Positions 28,296 to 41,189 of a DNA stretch of 64,000 nt are shown here, in pieces (within the stretch, counting starts at the first letter, position 1; every line of letters begins with the position of its first letter). The position numbers and the translations under genes are program-made. The notes below the pieces were generated by a model. That model worked only from the letters and a program-made list of their open reading frames with translations. It had not been told where the DNA came from and searched no databases. The stretch spans positions 15,378,607-15,442,606 of the forward strand of contig NC_068984.1 in assembly GCF_001194135.2 (NCBI RefSeq), given 5' to 3'. This DNA comes from Octopus bimaculoides (lineage: Eukaryota).

Positions 28296-28540
28296 ATTTT
28301 GCTTTTGTAGAAGACGGAAACAAAGCTCGTCATATGTGTATTGGTATGTGTGTGCACCTTTGTGCTTATCTCCCACCACTACTTAACCGGTGTTGGTGTG
28401 TTTACGTCCCCATAATCTAGCGGCTCGGCAAAAAGAAACGATAGAATAAATACCAATTAATTCGACTAAAAATTTTTGAAGATGGTGTCCCACCATGGCC
28501 GCAATGTTATGACACAAAAGTAAAAGATTTTTTTTAAAAA

Positions 28541-28907
28541 AGGAGTGGCTGTGTGGTAAGTAGCTTGCTTACCAAACACATGGTTCCGGATTCAGTCTCA
28601 CTGTGTGGCACCTTGGGCAAGTGTCTTGTACTATAGCCTCGGGCCGACCAAAGCCCTGTGAGTGCATTTGGTAGACGGAAACTGAAAGAAGCCCGTCATA
28701 TATATGTATGTGTGTGTATATGTGTGTTTGCCCCCCCCAACATCGTTTGACAACCGATGGTGTGTTTCCGTCCCCGTAACTTTGCGGTTCAGGAAAATAG
28801 ACCGATAGAATAAGCACTAGGCTTTCAAGGAACAAGTCCTGGGGTTGATTTGCTCGACTAAAGGCGGTGCTCCAGCATGGCCACAATCAAATAACTGAAA
28901 CAAGTCA
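28541..28907 (+). mobile_element. SINE family 1, full copy
   Basis: Colinear with 4066-4455. Partial copies near 8562-8671, 14160-14465, 17850-17965, 20210-20355, 25480-25790, 27080-27235, 33370-33625 and 35925-36075. Confidence 0.85.
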
Positions 28908-29260
28908 AAAAAAAAAAAAAAATGGTTGGCGTTAGGAAAGGCATCTAGTCATAGAAACCATGCCACAACAGATAACTGGAGTATGGTGCAGATCTCTGCT
29001 TTGCCAGCTCCTGTCAAACCATCCAACCCATGCCAGCATGGTAAATGGACATTAAATAATGATATATACATTGCATAAGTAAATTTTTTGATATTTTCGT
29101 TTTTAAAAAAATTCACAATCCCCTGTATCTAATATACAAAAGCTACCTTACCAGATGAAACAAAAGGTTAAGAGAATCTTTCCTGTACTGCTTTCATTTA
29201 TCAGTTGCTTCATTAAAAACAGTTAATTTTATTACACTAGCAATTGCCAACAGAAGTCAT

Positions 29261-29490
29261 AAATACTACTAAACCTTGGGTGAGGTATTATGCCGGTAAT
29301 AATAAACACATGCACTGGTTCGGTCCTTTATTGCTATTGTTAGTTAATCCACTAATAAATCTATGAATAAGTTGTTAGATTTGTTAGCAGAGTAACTAAC
29401 CCATCAACTAACAGTAGCAATAAAGGACCAAACCAGTGCGTGTGTTTATTATTACTGGCATAATGCCCATCCCAAGGTTCGATAGTATTT
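29261..29490. mobile_element. Fold-back element/MITE with ~85-bp terminal inverted repeats
   Basis: 29261-29345 is the reverse complement of 29406-29490 with a few mismatches, mostly transitions. Confidence 0.8.
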
Positions 29491-29920
29491 CTTTCAATAC
29501 ACAAATTCACATCAAGAATCTTGCAAACCGAATACGACATATATAAAGTAATTCATGAAAAATAAAACAAAAAATGCAATTTACTTCAAAGTTTGTGCAA
29601 AATAAATAAAGTAATTATGAATCGAGGTGCAAGTGTACCCCCCGAGACAAATGTAGTCAAGATCAAAACAGTTGTAATAATGACTATGGTCTCTTTTAGA
29701 GTGTCGCAGATTCCATTTTGAAACAAATGATGAAAGATAAAACAAGTTAGAGAAAGTGAAGCATGTTCCAATTATTCTGAAGCATTTACTTATTCACTTC
29801 AGTAATTCAGTGAAGCCAAGTTTTATGGGTGTGGTGTCGACAATGAGGTTTACATTTCCTGTTATTGCTAGTTTCATTTATAATTATACTGCCTTCCTCA
29901 TAGATTACTCTTAAGAGTGA

Positions 29921-30220
29921 AGGCACGTGGCTTAGTGGTTAGGGCATTCGGCTCACAATTGTAAGGTCGTGAGTTCGATTCCTGGCGACATGTTCTGTCC
30001 TTGAGCAAGACACTTTATTTCACGTTGCTCCAGTCCACTCAGCTGGCAAAAATGAGTAGTACCTGTATTTCAAAGAGCCAACTTTGTCACATCCTGTATC
30101 TCCCAGAGAACTAACTACATTAAGGGTACACGTGTCTGCAGTCACTTGCACGTTAATTTCACGAGCAAGCTGTTCCGTTGATCGTATCAGCTGGGACCCT
30201 CGTCGTAACCAACGGAGTGC
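29921..30220 (+). mobile_element. SINE family 2 copy with a 13-bp target-site duplication
   Basis: ATTACTCTTAAGA at 29904-29916 and again at 30225-30237. Confidence 0.85.
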
Positions 30221-30597
30221 TCCTATTACTCTTAAGAAAAGCCAGAGCTTATTATAATATACATATATATATATATACAAGATATATTTTTCTGATATTT
30301 TTCAGTTCCACCAAAATTGGTTCACACAAGTACAAGAATCTGACCGGCCGCCATCACTTTGTGCCAGTCACCATCGAGAATTGGGTGTTCTTAGACCCCA
30401 CAGAGCTGATTTTCTCCAGGAAAATCAGGATAACTGCAGCCCATATGAGAAATGAGCCCCGCAAAATGGAGTGACTGCTGCAGTCAGTGTCACTAACCAT
30501 TCTCCATGCCACTTAATTCTGTATACAACCTGCTACTCTCCCCCCACCACACTTTTTCCCACATTTGTTTCCTTGGTGAGTTATGGGCTGTTTTCCC

Positions 30598-30629
<32 letters not shown>

Positions 30630-30639
30630 CTTTTAATGT

Positions 30640-31125
30640 AGATTATTTACATTTGACGGACATTTGTCCTCATCGTTTGTTGTTAACATGTTTCGCCATC
30701 CTTCATCAGGTGTCTTGGGGAAAATTTCGAACCTGGGTTCTCATTCCTAAGGTATTTTTCGATGTTAATACTATTATTCAGGCCACTGCTTGGAATCAAA
30801 CTCGGAATCTTGGGGTTAGTAGCCCATGCTCTTAACCACTATCCCATATGGCCATGGGCATATGGCGTAGTGTTTAAGAGCGCGGGCTACTAACCCCAAG
30901 ATTCCAAGTTTGATTCCAGGCAGTGACCTGAATAATAATAATAACAACAACAACAACATTGAAAAGTACCTTAGGAATGAGAACCCAGGTTCGAAATTTC
31001 CCCAAGACACCTGATGAAAGCTGGAGAGTATCAGCCGCAACGTGTTAACAACAAACAAGACGAGGACAAATAGCCATCAAATGTAAATAATGTACATAAT
31101 TCCTCATCTCTTAAATATAGAACTC
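30640..31125. mobile_element. Palindromic head-to-head dimer of a tRNA-headed element with hammerhead-like cores
   Basis: 30640-30852 is the reverse complement of 30856-31095. Each arm has an A-box (TGGCGTAGTG/TGGGATAGTGG), a B-box-like AGTTTGATTCC, an (AAT)n spacer and GACAC-CTGATGA...G(A/C)AAC. Confidence 0.8.
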
Positions 31126-31239
31126 TACTTTAAATTTGTTTACTTTCTTTTCTTCCTGTTCAAATAATGTTACTAAAAACAAAGTTCAGTTTTAAAAAAA
31201 GAATATACAAATAAATACAATACACAAGAATTCTTTCAA

Positions 31240-31815
31240 ATTCTGGCAGAAGGCCAGCAATCTTAGGGCAGAAGGACTCAATTACATCAACCCTAGTACT
31301 AAACTCATATTTATTTTATCGACCCTGAAAAGATGAAAGGTAAAGATTGAACTCGCAACATAAAGAGTCAGACGAAATGCCACCATGCATTTTGTTTGAA
31401 GTGCTATCAATTCTGCTAGCACACTGCCTTAATAATAATGGTTTCAAATTTCAGCACAAAGCCAGCAATTTTGGAGGGGGGATCGATTACATCCACCTCA
31501 GTTCTCAACAAGTACTTTCTTTATCAACATCAAAAGGATGAAAGGCAAAGCCAACTCCGGCAGGATTTGAACTCAGAATGCAAAGATGGACAAAATGTTG
31601 CTAAGCATTTTGCCAGATCGCTTCAATAACAGCAGCAGCAGCAGCAATAATAATTTTGGCACAAGGCCAGGAATTTTGTAGGGAAGAGATAAGTCGATTA
31701 TAGCAACCTAAAAAGGGCGAAAAGTAAAACTGGTCTTGGTGAATTTGAACCCAGAACATAAAGAGCTGGAAGCAAACCTGTCACCAAGCATTTTGTTTAC
31801 CAGCTCACCACCTTT
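31240..31815 (-). mobile_element. Array of three diverged family-3 SINE monomers
   Basis: Three successive AAAGGATGAAAGG/GAACTC/TTCTGC(C/T)AGC-like blocks. Confidence 0.7.
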
Positions 31816-31891
31816 ACAACAACAACAACAACAACAGGGTGGAAGAAAAAAAAAGGAAAATGTGAATGTGATAAACTTCATGTACAAGTGT

Positions 31892-31897
31892 TTTATT
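31892..31897 (-). terminator. Candidate poly(A) signal for the Y2 isoform (another AATAAA at 32035-32040)
   Basis: AATAAA on the minus strand at the end of a SINE-free ~700-nt 3'UTR-like tract; SINEs resume just beyond it. Confidence 0.5.
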
Positions 31898-32595
31898 AAC
31901 ATTTTAATTTTATCGTACTGTACCTGTATTAGTATGGTTTCCACTGCATACTAATTGAGAAGCAAGAGTTTAACTTTTTTTTTTTTTTTTAAGTGAGATT
32001 TCTCATTTTGAACTCAGCATACTCAACAAGAAATTTTATTCTCACATTCTGTCAATACTGTTTGTCATCATAAAAAAAAAAAAAAAATATAAATAAAATT
32101 AGTCCAGTCCAGTTTTCTGCTCAAGCCTCGACCCACTCTATATTTAATAATGTCTATGTATGCACGTTTTTTTTTTCTTTTTTCATTGTGAATTTTTTTT
32201 CTTGGAGCCTATGATGGGAAAGATGTGGTGTAGAGAGGACATTTCTCTCTCTCTCTCATTATTTTGTACTGTACAAAGGAGGAAAACGGTCTTCTTTTTA
32301 CATTTCAAACTCATCCTCCACATTTTAGTTGAAAGGGTTAATTAAAAAAAAAATTTTTTTTGTAAATGTTAATAGCTATCTTAACAGTTTGAGATGAAAT
32401 TAAAACCTGACCACTAAATAGCTGTTAACGTGTACCTTACAGAACAAATTAGCAAACACAATTAGCATTGTATTACAACTGTTGTTCATCAGGAAGAAAG
32501 ACAGAGGGAAGAAGAGAAAACCAAAGGTGGTTGTTACCATTAGAAGACAATGCCAAGTCAGAGGTGCTTAATGTTGGGGAGAATTACTTTGTCCA

Positions 32596-32772
32596 TTATC
32601 TACTTAAACTATGTGACCTAGCACGTCCACCCAAAAAGCAGGACTTTTTAAAAAATGGATCCTTCAAAGCTTCTTTTAGTGTTATTCGCGCCAGGGGATC
32701 ATATCGTAGCATCTTCCAAATCAAATCAAACAGAAGCACGTGGTCCTCATTGTTGGGCTCCATTATGTACCG
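32596..32772 (-). CDS. CLK2: CLK distal terminal exon Y2 (58 aa): [41 protein letters not shown]...RARSHSLSR*
   Basis: ttttaatccag|CGG acceptor, phase 0; second copy of subdomain XI; TAA stop. Confidence 0.92.
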   Translation of the reverse strand, partial: RYIMEPNNEDHVLLFDLIWKMLRYDPLARITLKEALKDPFFKKSCFLGGRARSHSLSR

Positions 32773-35700
32773 CTGGATTAAAAAAAAACGAAAAGTAGAC
32801 ATTATTAATGTAAGTAAATAAGCATATGGCCATACAGGCAATTTTCTGAAAATATTATTATTGAGTTTCAATATTTTGAAGAATGAAATAGAGACTACAA
32901 TAAAAAGAGAAACTGTTGTCCAAACAGATTAAATTTTATATGCAATTGTAGGATATCAAAATATAAAGGGAACTTGCATTTATTTATCAAGCTTGATATT
33001 TTAAAGAATACGTTTTACTGAATAGAGTTTTTTTTTTTTTTTCCCCCCATCATTAAGAAAGAAAAGAGAAAAGAAATTAACATGAAATATATCTTCAGAG
33101 AAGTCAAGTCATGAGGTCATAACCATTAATATTGAAGAAGAGAAGAAGAGAAAAAAGGGGATAAAATCATTCAGTTCTGGATTTGATTTGATAAACATTA
33201 TGGAAGAAACAAAGAAAAAGACAAAGAGAAAAAGAAAAGAAAAGAAAAAAGTGAAAATTATTTCAACTCTAAAATCTTGTACTCTTATAAAACCCATGTA
33301 AAAGGTTTTCTTTCTATTGCAATACAATTGTTCCTTCCTAAACAATAAACAAACACATCTTTTATCTTTTACTGGTTTCAGTCATTAGACTGTGGCCATG
33401 CTGGAGCACCACCTTGAAGAGTTTATAGACAAATGAATCAACCTCAGTGCTTATTTTTTTTAAAGCCTGGCACTTATTCTATCAGTCTCCTTTGCTGAAC
33501 TGCTAAGTAACAGGGATGTAAACATAAAAACACCGATTGTCAAGCGGTGGAGAAAGGGCAAACACAGGCACATACACAAAGGTATATGATGGGCTTCTTT
33601 CAGTTTCCATCTACCAAATCCACCCAAAAAGCAAAACTGAGGCAGACACAGGCACAAAAACCAGTGAATTGTCTAAATGGTTCCCGAAAGTTTGAAACTG
33701 AATATATGCAGCAGCCGTGGAATCAACTGGCACTGCGGATACTTAGTACTGCTTCCAAGCACGCAGTTTCACAGTGATCCTCTGACCACTGTTTTGTTTA
33801 TTTTCTTTTGTCTTACAGTTTAGTATTTATGAGATTGTATGTATTCACCATTATCTACTATGTATAATTGTAAAGCAATGGTATATTTTATTGGTAGCTA
33901 ACACAGGTGTTCATATGACTGACCAAGTTGAAATTCATCTAATGTAGTTCCTGTGCATATGCCACAGAGCCATCTCCTCTTTCTTTGGGTGGTAATCAAT
34001 TTAACGCCACTACCTGAGCAGCCCTTGATTCATTGCAAATATTTAGACCAAGCCATGCTTCCAGTAGCAGTTATCATCACCTTATGTCACTGGCACCCTC
34101 TAAATCTTCCTATAAGTAAATGACCAATCTCAACTCGCAGGACAATCCTTCTTCCTCTTTTCTAACATCTGTGGACTCTGATCCAAACATCACATCTAAT
34201 TCACAAACCATACATCCTATTCCCCATAGACAAATCTCTCAACCTATATTCAGTCAACCTAACAATGTCCCTTACCTTCATACAACTCAGCACACATGTT
34301 GTCCCCATTTGAGACAGCTACTATCCTACTACACTCGTTACCTCAAAGGTGATGGAGATAACCATAAACAACCACCTTCTCTAACACCTTGAATCTTTTC
34401 CCCTCTTTAATGAATGACAGAAATTCATAAATCCAGATCTACTGGAAACATGTCACTCATCAGGGATGGACTTGATAGGAAAAGCGAGTGGATTGCCGTG
34501 ATCTACTAAGCTAAACTGTACAAACTAACAGAACAAATCCCTTTTTTTTTTTTAACGCACAAACACACACTTGCAAAGGCTGGAATCAATTTTCTTTTGT
34601 TTTTTTAATTCAGTCAAATCTATGGAGTAAATTAAGTTGGTACATTGAAGCATTTACTGAAGTATTATTAATGCATTAATTCCAATGAGGAATCCAAATT
34701 TGTATGAGGATTCAGTTATCCCAGCTATGTACTTGCTATATTACACTGTTTAAATAGAAAACAATGACGTTTCGTTGACTCAATCAATCACAGTCATATA
34801 AAATTAAATTTAATTTTACTGGGGTCTTTTTTTCTTGGTTAAACTGTGCATCCAAATGCTAAAAAGAACAGTATCCNNNNNNNNNNNNNNNNNNNNNNNN
34901 NNNNNNNNNNNNNNNNNNNNNNNNNNNNNNNNNNNNNNNNNNNNNNNNNNNNNNNNNNNNNNNNNNNNNNNNNNNNNNNNNNNNNNNNNNNNNNNNNNNN
35001 NNNNNNNNNNNNNNNNNNNNNNNNNNNNNNNNNNNNNNNNNNNNNNNNNNNNNNNNNNNNNNNNNNNNNNNNNNNNNNNNNNNNNNNNNNNNNNNNNNNN
35101 NNNNNNNNNNNNNNNNNNNNNNNNNNNNNNNNNNNNNNNNNNNNNNNNNNNNNNNNNNNNNNNNNNNNNNNNNNNNNNNNNNNNNNNNNNNNNNNNNNNN
35201 NNNNNNNNNNNNNNNNNNNNNNNNNNNNNNNNNNNNNNNNNNNNNNNNNNNNNNNNNNNNNNNNNNNNNNNNNNNNNNNNNNNNNNNNNNNNNNNNNNNN
35301 NNNNNNNNNNNNNNNNNNNNNNNNNNNNNNNNNNNNNNNNNNNNNNNNNNNNNNNNNNNNNNNNNNNNNNNNNNNNNNNNNNNNNNNNNNNNNNNNNNNN
35401 NNNNNNNNNNNNNNNNNNNNNNNNNNNNNNNNNNNNNNNNNNNNNNNNNNNNNNNNNNNNNNNNNNNNNNNNNNNNNNNNNNNNNNNNNNNNNNNNNNNN
35501 NNNNNNNNNNNNNNNNNNNNNNNNNNNNNNNNNNNNNNNNNNNNAAAAAAAAAAAAAAAAAAAAATCTTAAATAAATAATACAAATAATCTAATACACAT
35601 AAATAAGGAAAGTTATCGCTGAACATCTCGATGTCGAGAACTTTGCTTGCTTTCCTTGGAAAACAAAACAGAAAAATTATACAATATTTATTCATAATAT

Positions 35701-38700
35701 TTTAAATGAGAAATTCTTCTAATTTGGCATGCATATTTAGCTATGAAAATTTGCAATTGCAAGTAAAATTACAATGGCTACCTGCAAAGTACTAATGTAT
35801 TCACAGCAACTAGTCTGAGATAAACTGATAAGAAATATGGCATATTGAATAAATAATGTTCCTAAACAACATAGTTGACTATTACAGTAAATGATGTTCG
35901 AAGTGATAAGAAAGTATTTATGTAATCATGGCTGAGTGGCAACAAGTTTGCTTCCCAACCACATGGTTTCAAGTTCAGTACCAATGCATAGTGCCTTGGC
36001 CAAGTGCCTTCTACTATAGCCCCAGGTCAACCAAAGCCTTGCAAAAGGATTTGGTAGATGGAGACTGTATGGGTGTCACCATCATGTAATTGGTGTCATT
36101 TCTTTCCAACCATCCATGAAAATGCATAGGTTGGTGACAGGAAAGGAATCCAACCGAAGTAAAATCTGCCTTTAGCATTCTGATTACTCTGTGAGATGTA
36201 TTGCTTACATATTCACATTGTTTTGAATTAATCATGTATTATCTCATAGCTTTGAGATGTCAAGAATAACATTGTAGAGTAGATGTAAGAGGCTGGATTT
36301 CGTTATAAAACAGGTAGAACATCTGGGCTGGATATGACCAGTTTAACTGCTAAAGGTCTAACAAATTCTGTCCAGCACATATGAACATGGAAAAGTTAAT
36401 GTTAAAACAATGATGACATCTGGCTAATCCTGAAGCTATTTCTTATGATGATGATGATGATCATCATCATCATCATCGTTTAACGTCCGCTTTCCATGCT
36501 AGCATGGGTTGGACAATTTGATTGAGGACTGGTGAAACCTGATGGCAACACCAGGCTCCAATCTAATTTGGCAGAGTTTCTACAGCTGGATGCCCTTCCT
36601 AATGCCAACCACTCAGAGAGTGTAGTGGGTGCTTTTACGTGTCACCCGCAATATCATTAAATCATTCATTTGTAAAATATTGATTACATCCTAGTCTTCA
36701 TATGTCACTTTACAAAGATGGCAATTTCTATATGATTCTATTCATAATAAAATTAAAGGTAAATCTTGACATTTGTCAAGCATTTCAAACTCTCACCCAC
36801 CCCCAATATAGCTTAAGATATCTAATTCTACAATACAACAGATCTCTTTATTGCCAAAATCACTTGAAATTCCATAAGGAAACTACTCTAGATGTTATTT
36901 CCTGTTTGTTTTTTGTTTTTTCTCAAAGAGGATGATTCTGTAAATGTGTAAAGTTTCCATAGGTTAAGGCAGCTGCTTTTGTAGCATAAATACTATTCCT
37001 ACCACTATCAACCAATAAATAAAGACAACAGTAATAGTTGTGTGGATAAGGTGTTTACGTCGCAACCATGCAGTTCCAGGTTCAACTCCACTGCCTGTCT
37101 TCATGGGCAAGTATGTCTTTTATCATTGCCATGAGCTGGCTAACACTGCAAATGGAATTTGTTAAACAGAAACTGCTGTAAATGTGTGTGTAAAATTAAT
37201 ATTTGGCAGAAGTAACAGAGTGACTTAATGGCCAAGAGTTTTGTGCGTTATACACACACGTGTATACCTTTCACCAATATGTATGTGACAGCAAAATCCC
37301 AAGAAGCAGTACTTGTTAAAGTCTTTTGTGATATATGGTTCAGCAGTGAGTTAAAGGCACTCCCATGTCACTCACGCCCTCAAAAATGTGGTGAACCAGT
37401 GATTAGTTAATCTGAAAATCACTTGACTTTCAAATTGGCTATTCTATGAGAATGATTTAAAAGGAATAAGCCATATTGCTCACTGTACCTGTACATTACT
37501 TTTTACTAGTTTATGACAGCAGATGTTCTGTGTTCTCTATCAAAACAAAATTCTTGTTTTTGTACACCACCAAGCAAATAACCCAATCAAGACTTGATGC
37601 TTGAACAAGTCCTAGCCATGGTGGGGAAATCAATGAATAATGTGTGAATTTGAATTTATCCTTTTCACAGATGTAGTCTTGTGAAAGTTGTATACTTCAT
37701 AATGCACCACTCAGATGATCAACAACATATTGACCATCTTAATGTTCAAGCAACTCATTGTATTTCAGCAATGCAAGGCAATTATGAAAGCGAAACACAA
37801 GAGACAACAATGACAGTAAAATTACATTGAAACTGATTATAGAAAACATCACACAGTTTATATATAAAGTTGGTATGTGGAAAATAGTCTTGGTCACCCT
37901 GAGAGAATTATTGGTGCCAAAGTTTTAAAGAAAGCACAAAATCATTAACAGTGAGATTATGATTTCTATTCTTGCGAGCATCAACCATTTGCTAGAACTT
38001 ATATTTTGAGACTTCTCATTTAAAAATTATTGAATGTCACAGCTCAATACAGACTTTAGGTGGATTGGTTGCCAACAAAATTGTAATAAGAATCAAAATC
38101 ACAATCTTCCAACTGTTGATAATGTACAAGAAAATATTTTTACAGACTAAGTTTAGAATAAGAACATTTTAGGTTGATTAGCATAACTTTCGTCAAATTA
38201 ATAAAAAAAAATTATTTTCGACTGTGTGTGTGCGTATGTAAATATTAAACTGGAATTATGCTTTTAATTCAGTTTGCAACAACTGACTGTAATACAATGG
38301 ATGGAATAGTTTAATAGTTTTGACTCCATTTTACCATATTAATTTGAATACCTGTGCGAATAGAGATACTTCAATATTAAGAAAGAGAAATCTAAATGAG
38401 TATCTTTAAGTGTGTGATAATTAGGTGAACTACATGTGTATCTAGTCTGGTGTAGAAATGAGTGAAAGCAAAGCGTGTGGATGTATGCAAAGATGAAAGA
38501 AGAAAAAAATGGTTGGGTGGAATTAAGTAATGCACTGTTACAAGCTCCTAAGTCATAACTTCAAATTCAGGTTGTTCCCAAGTGCTTCTAAGTAAGGAAC
38601 TTTCTTTGCTCCATCCACCTTATTGTCATTAAGAGATACCTGATTTTCTGGGTTAGAGTCAAAATGGCTGATCCTCCGTTAATGAAAGGTCAAGCAACTG

Positions 38701-41156
38701 ACCATCAGATCAATATGAGGGGGTTAAAGGCGTCACAGTTTGTTGACAGTTATCTATTTACAAACTGTTATTATGTCTATGACACTCAACTCCAGCCAGT
38801 CCAAGCCACTGAGCTGTATGTAGACACCATGAAGAGATACATCTCACTGCTGTAAGCAGTAAGAAGTCTGTACCCTCAAATACTCTGCCAATAGTTCCAA
38901 ACTCAAACCTCAGGCAATCTCCTGGGGCCAATAGTTCTAATCATTTATTGATACACGAATTTGATTAAAAGTTAAGATATCCAATGTAAAACTGAAGTAA
39001 ATATTATTATTATTATTATTATTATCTGTATTCTGAATTGTTACAGTAATAAAAGAAAGACAATAAATATAGTAGCAACACAAACAACTTGAAATGACAA
39101 CCTACACCCCACCCCTCCAACAGATTATTTTTCACTGTTAGTAGAGATAATTAGAGGTAATAGTGATACTAGTGGAAGAGATAGCTGCTGTCATTACCAT
39201 GAAATGTGAAGTGAAGTGAATACAAGTGGTGGGTTGGGTGAAAATGGGAGAATAACATGCTCAAGTTTAAAGTCCCATGCAACTATTAATGTTGGAGATG
39301 ATCACCTGGCAAGTAGCTGTAGCTGACATCAGATTTGCCTGGACCCTCACTCTTTGTTTTCACACAGTCACGGTCACCATGGTTTTCAGATGATAACTCA
39401 CTGCCCTGGTAACTTTTGCGCCGGTCCAGCATCCTTGGTTCCTTCGGCACGGATGGCTTGTGCTCTAGATGTGGTTGCTCTTTTAATAAGGGTTTGAAGA
39501 AAGGGTGAGCAAGTGTTTCCGCAAGAGTTATCCTGTAATGAGGCTCATACTCAAGCATCTTTTCAATGAGATCAAAGAGCTGAAGATGTTGGATCCCTTT
39601 GTCTCTTAAATAGTGCTGTAAGGAAGAAAGAGGGAGGCACACGTCACATAGAGGGGATTGGTAAAAGGTTATTGTATCTAAACTTGGTGATGTTGCCCAT
39701 TCTGCAAAGCTGTAATAGGTCAGTTTACATCAATCATTAAAAACATCCAAGCTATTTTAAATTAGTGTGACACTACCAAAATGATGAAAGCAGGCTGTTA
39801 ATAAAATTTCCCTGAAATAGCAATTGGTGTAAATAGCTTTGACAGTATTCTTTAAACACTGAGATGATATGTTCAAATTTATACATCTTAAAAGATTTCT
39901 ATTTTATTTAGAAATAAATATAAAATGGTTTTCTACAAAAATCAAGACTGACAAGAACTAAGGTATAAAAAAAAAAAATTTTACAAAAAAAAATAATAAT
40001 AATAATAATACTAATTTTACAAAGAAAAAAATAAAAGTTGAGCAGAAGTTAGCTAACTCTAAAAAACATATCACAATAAAAAATATTCTGTGAAAATCTG
40101 CTCTTTCTAATAATAGTTTTCTCAAATATTACCTTTAACTGTAATAAGAATAAATTTCTAATAAACATGTAAATTTTTAATATTCTAGATGAAAAAGAAC
40201 ATTATTTCCACCCATCCAATTTATTTATTCTTTATCTAATAGAGAAATAGCTAACATAACTAAAACTTTTGGTAGCATGTTTGCTTTCCTTGGCCGTAGC
40301 AACAGTTATCCAGGTATGATATTTTTAGAACCACTTAGAAAAGCTGCAAGATGTAATAATATCTACACACATGGTTTTGGAATTACTGATTCCTAGAGCT
40401 AGCTACTAAATACACTTGGTTACATTTGTTTTCAAGGTGTACTAAACTAATATGGAAGGAGGGAAGGTGTAAATAAGCAAATAGTATTATTTCAGTCATC
40501 AATATTTTACTATTCATGCGCACAATCACATTAGTACCTGAATATTAGTAACTTGGAATATCATTTCATCTCAACTAATACCACAACAATCAGTTTTCTT
40601 TTTTCACTTTTTATATACCTTCATCACATTGGTACAAATATGAAAACTTCAAAGGACGGACATAGCAAATGAAATATTAGTCTAGGCAAGGTTTTGTTTT
40701 CCAAGCAACATATCCACATAGTTTACAATATTTTCCCATGAAAAATGAAGGGGACATTAAAGATAGACACTGCTAATAAGCATACAAAAAGGACACACAT
40801 GCTCACTTCAAAAATGGGTTTAAATGGTTTTATGGTATGTATGTCAGTATATATAAATTGACTAGTAATAATGGCTCTACATCTTTGCTTCTTGCATTAA
40901 CTACCATAATGAAACAGAAGTGTATCTACAGAATAAGTTCATCATTCTTTTTTTTTATTATTATGAACAATGCATCTCAAATGTTACTCTGATATAATCC
41001 TTGACAGAAACACAAATGATACTTTCTCCCAAGAAAGACTCAAATGAAATTTCTACAAGAAAGGTTTAAAAAAAACAACAACAAAATAATCATGAACAGG
41101 ATGGATGGATGGATNNNNNNNNNNNNNNNNNNNNNNNNNNNNNNNNNNNNNNNNNN

Positions 41157-41189
<33 letters not shown>

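Noticed and set aside
30856-30930. True tRNA gene
   Set aside because: Degenerate arms and B-box, embedded in a repeat; treated as a SINE head. The same applies to the other tRNA-like heads.
33950-34400. C-rich stretch / 90-aa ORF, possibly another Penelope relic
   Set aside because: No diagnostic motif recognisable; too decayed to call.
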